Source: Callorhinchus milii
Taxonomy: Eukaryota
NCBI RefSeq assembly: GCF_018977255.1
Contig: NW_024704743.1
Coordinates: 10,542,001-10,606,000 of the forward strand
Reading direction: 5' to 3'
Length of the DNA stretch: 64,000 bases
Shown here in pieces: positions 61,875 through 64,000 of this stretch. The translations under genes were made by a program, and so were the position numbers. Position 1 is the stretch's first letter. Every line of letters starts with the position of its first letter. The notes under the pieces are model-generated. The model made no database searches. It saw only the letters and a list, made by a program, of their open reading frames with translations, and was not told the DNA's origin.

Positions 61875-64000
61875 CAATACAATACAAAATTACATTAGTA
61901 AACCGCCTTTCATATCGGGAGGACGTCCCAAGGGACTGAACAGTCAGGGTCATTGGGTCCCGAGTGGGGGGGGAATCAGGGAAGGTGGAGGCCAGAAAGG
62001 GTAGCAGGGTGGCCAAAGGCATGGTCAAAGAGGAGGGTTTTGAGGTATGCCTTGAAGGAGGCAAGGGAGGGAGCAAGGTGAAGGGAATGTGGGATGGAAT
62101 TCCAGAGGGTTGGGGCAGAAAGGCTGAAGGCCCGAACACCGATGGTGGGGCAGGCCAGGTGGGAGATATGGAGCAGGCTAGAGCCTGCTAAGTGGAGCGA
62201 GCGAACAGGTTGATAAGGTGTTAGGTTGATAAGGTTGATAAGGTGTCTATCCAAGGCACTGAACAGACAGAGTTACGTACTTGAGCTGGGGGTCGGGGTC
62301 AGGGAGGGTGGAGGGCTGGGGGAAAGCAGGGAGATCGAAAGCACTGTTGAAGAGGAGGTCTTAAGTGGGTCTTGAAGGTGGCAAGGGAGGGGGCAAGGTG
62401 GAGGGATTGTGGGATGGAGTTCCAGATGGTGGGGAAGGCCTGCCTGCCGATAGTGGGATGAGCGAGGCGGGGGACGTGAAGCAGGTCAGAGCCCGCTGAG
62501 CAGAGGGAGCGAGCAGGATGGTAGGGGGATAGAGGTCGCAGTGGTAGGGGGGGCAAGACCATGGAGGGCTTTTAAGCTGAGGACCAGGATCTTGAACTGT
62601 ATCCTCTGTGTGATGGGAAGCCAGTGGAGTTGGGCAAGGATGGGGGTGATTGGGTCATGGAGCCTGGTGCGGGAGAGCACACAGGATACACAGTTCTGGA
62701 TGATCTGCAGCCTGTGGAGGGAGGAATTGGGGAGGCTGACAAGCAATGAGCATGCTTAGTCGAGATATGGACAGAATGTCATTTGTCACCTTGGCCAGGG
62801 GCTGTTTCCATGCTGTGAGCAGCACGGAAACCCGATTGGATGAGTTTGTAAAGCGAGTGTCAGGAGAAGAAGGAGAAAAGCTGGGAAGTATCAACTCTTT
62901 CAAGTACCTTGGAAAGAAACGGGAAGGTTGGAGATGCAATTGTAGTTTGTGAGCAGGGTTGGGTCCAGAGAAGGTTTTTTGGGATAGGGGTGATGACAAC
63001 TGTTTTTAGATGGGTGGGAACAGTGCCAGTTGACAGGAAGAGGTTGACGAGGTCTGAGAGTAAAGGGGCAAGAAGGTGGAGCTAGGAGGTAAGGAGAAGG
63101 GTAGGGATGGGGTCAAGGGAGCAGATGGTGGGCTTCATATGGGTTATAGTGGTGGTGAGAGAGGAGGGGGAGACAAGTTTGAAGGTGTGGAGGGAAGGAT
63201 GGGTAGTGCCTGGAGTGTGAGGGAGAGATGGGAGGGAGTGGTAGTTGGGAGGGTAGAGGCGGCTGAACTGATCCCCTCGATTTTGGTCTCAAGAAACTCC
63301 AGCATCTCCTCGCAGTTGGAGTAAGTTCTGTGAGTACTAGTGTGAGTTGTATGAGGTGGTTCAGGAGGTGAGGGGGGCAAGGGCATCGAGAATGGTGGAG
63401 AGGGACTTGTGAAGGAGAGTGACCGAGGAGGATAAGTCCGTGAGGGATTTAGGCCAGAGGGGGAGAAGTTCAGATGACTCCAGAGCAGTGGAGAGGGAGT
63501 GCATGGAGATTCTTTTCCAGGGGTGGTAGGAGATGGAGGTGGGTTGGGTGGCAGTGGGGAGAGTGATTGAGGAGTTAAGGGAGATGAAATGGTGATCTGA
63601 GATGGCTTTATTGATGATTGTGAGGTCAGAGACACTGAGGCTTCAGGTAATCACTAGGTCGAGAGGGTTGCCATGAACATGGATAGCAGAGTGGATTTGG
63701 AGGGAGAGGTTATGAGAGGAGATGAGAGAGGAGAAGTCAGCTGAGATAGAGCAAGAGGGGGTGAAGTGCAGGTTGAAGTCGCTTAAGATGAGGAGGCATT
63801 CAAAACAGATGGGAAGCTAGAAGGGCGGAGATGTCAGATATGAAGGTGGTGGAGGGTTTGGGAGAATTTTGAGTTAGCGATTGGAGAAATGGTCGAGGTT
63901 AAGGTGCTTGAAAGAGTGGAATGAGCTGGAGGAGTAGGGGGATAGAGTATGTGAGGACCTGGAGATGAGGGCCACAACACCGCCACGGCAGTTAGGATGT
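61875..64000 (-). mobile_element. Two L2 copies (61875-62220 3' fragment; 62245-64000 internally deleted, runs off the window)
   Basis: LHWLPITQRIQFKIL, CEEMLEFLETKIEGI, and APE-region similarity. Confidence 0.92.

Noticed and set aside
13850..64000. Strand bias of L2 insertions implying a host transcript
   Set aside because: Copy counts are similar on both strands; only summed length favours minus

Overview
Repeat-dominated vertebrate genomic DNA. The repeat families (CR1 LINEs with shark-type 3' ends, abundant L2 LINEs, Deu-domain SINEs, a Penelope-like element) point to a cartilaginous fish, which is an inference. I find no recognisable host protein-coding gene; nearly every ORF in the track is a LINE fragment, an antisense frame of one, or a microsatellite. 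The window holds many decayed L2 and CR1 copies, often nested, and a tRNA-Ala-derived SINE family whose youngest members carry the same 3' stem-loop as the local L2. It also contains a Penelope-like GIY-YIG element with inverted terminal arms, each carrying a minimal hammerhead-ribozyme motif, and a reverse-transcriptase relic from a non-CR1/non-L2 clade that may be linked to an unclassified repeat family. The most unusual signals are several short local copy-paste duplications without retrotransposition hallmarks (best case: a 306-bp, ~98% identical inverted copy of an L2 interior placed into a CR1 about 4.5 kb away, with microhomology at both junctions), and an AT-rich, CpG-undepleted, protein-like patch at about 36 kb. 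Boundaries and identities were estimated by eye.
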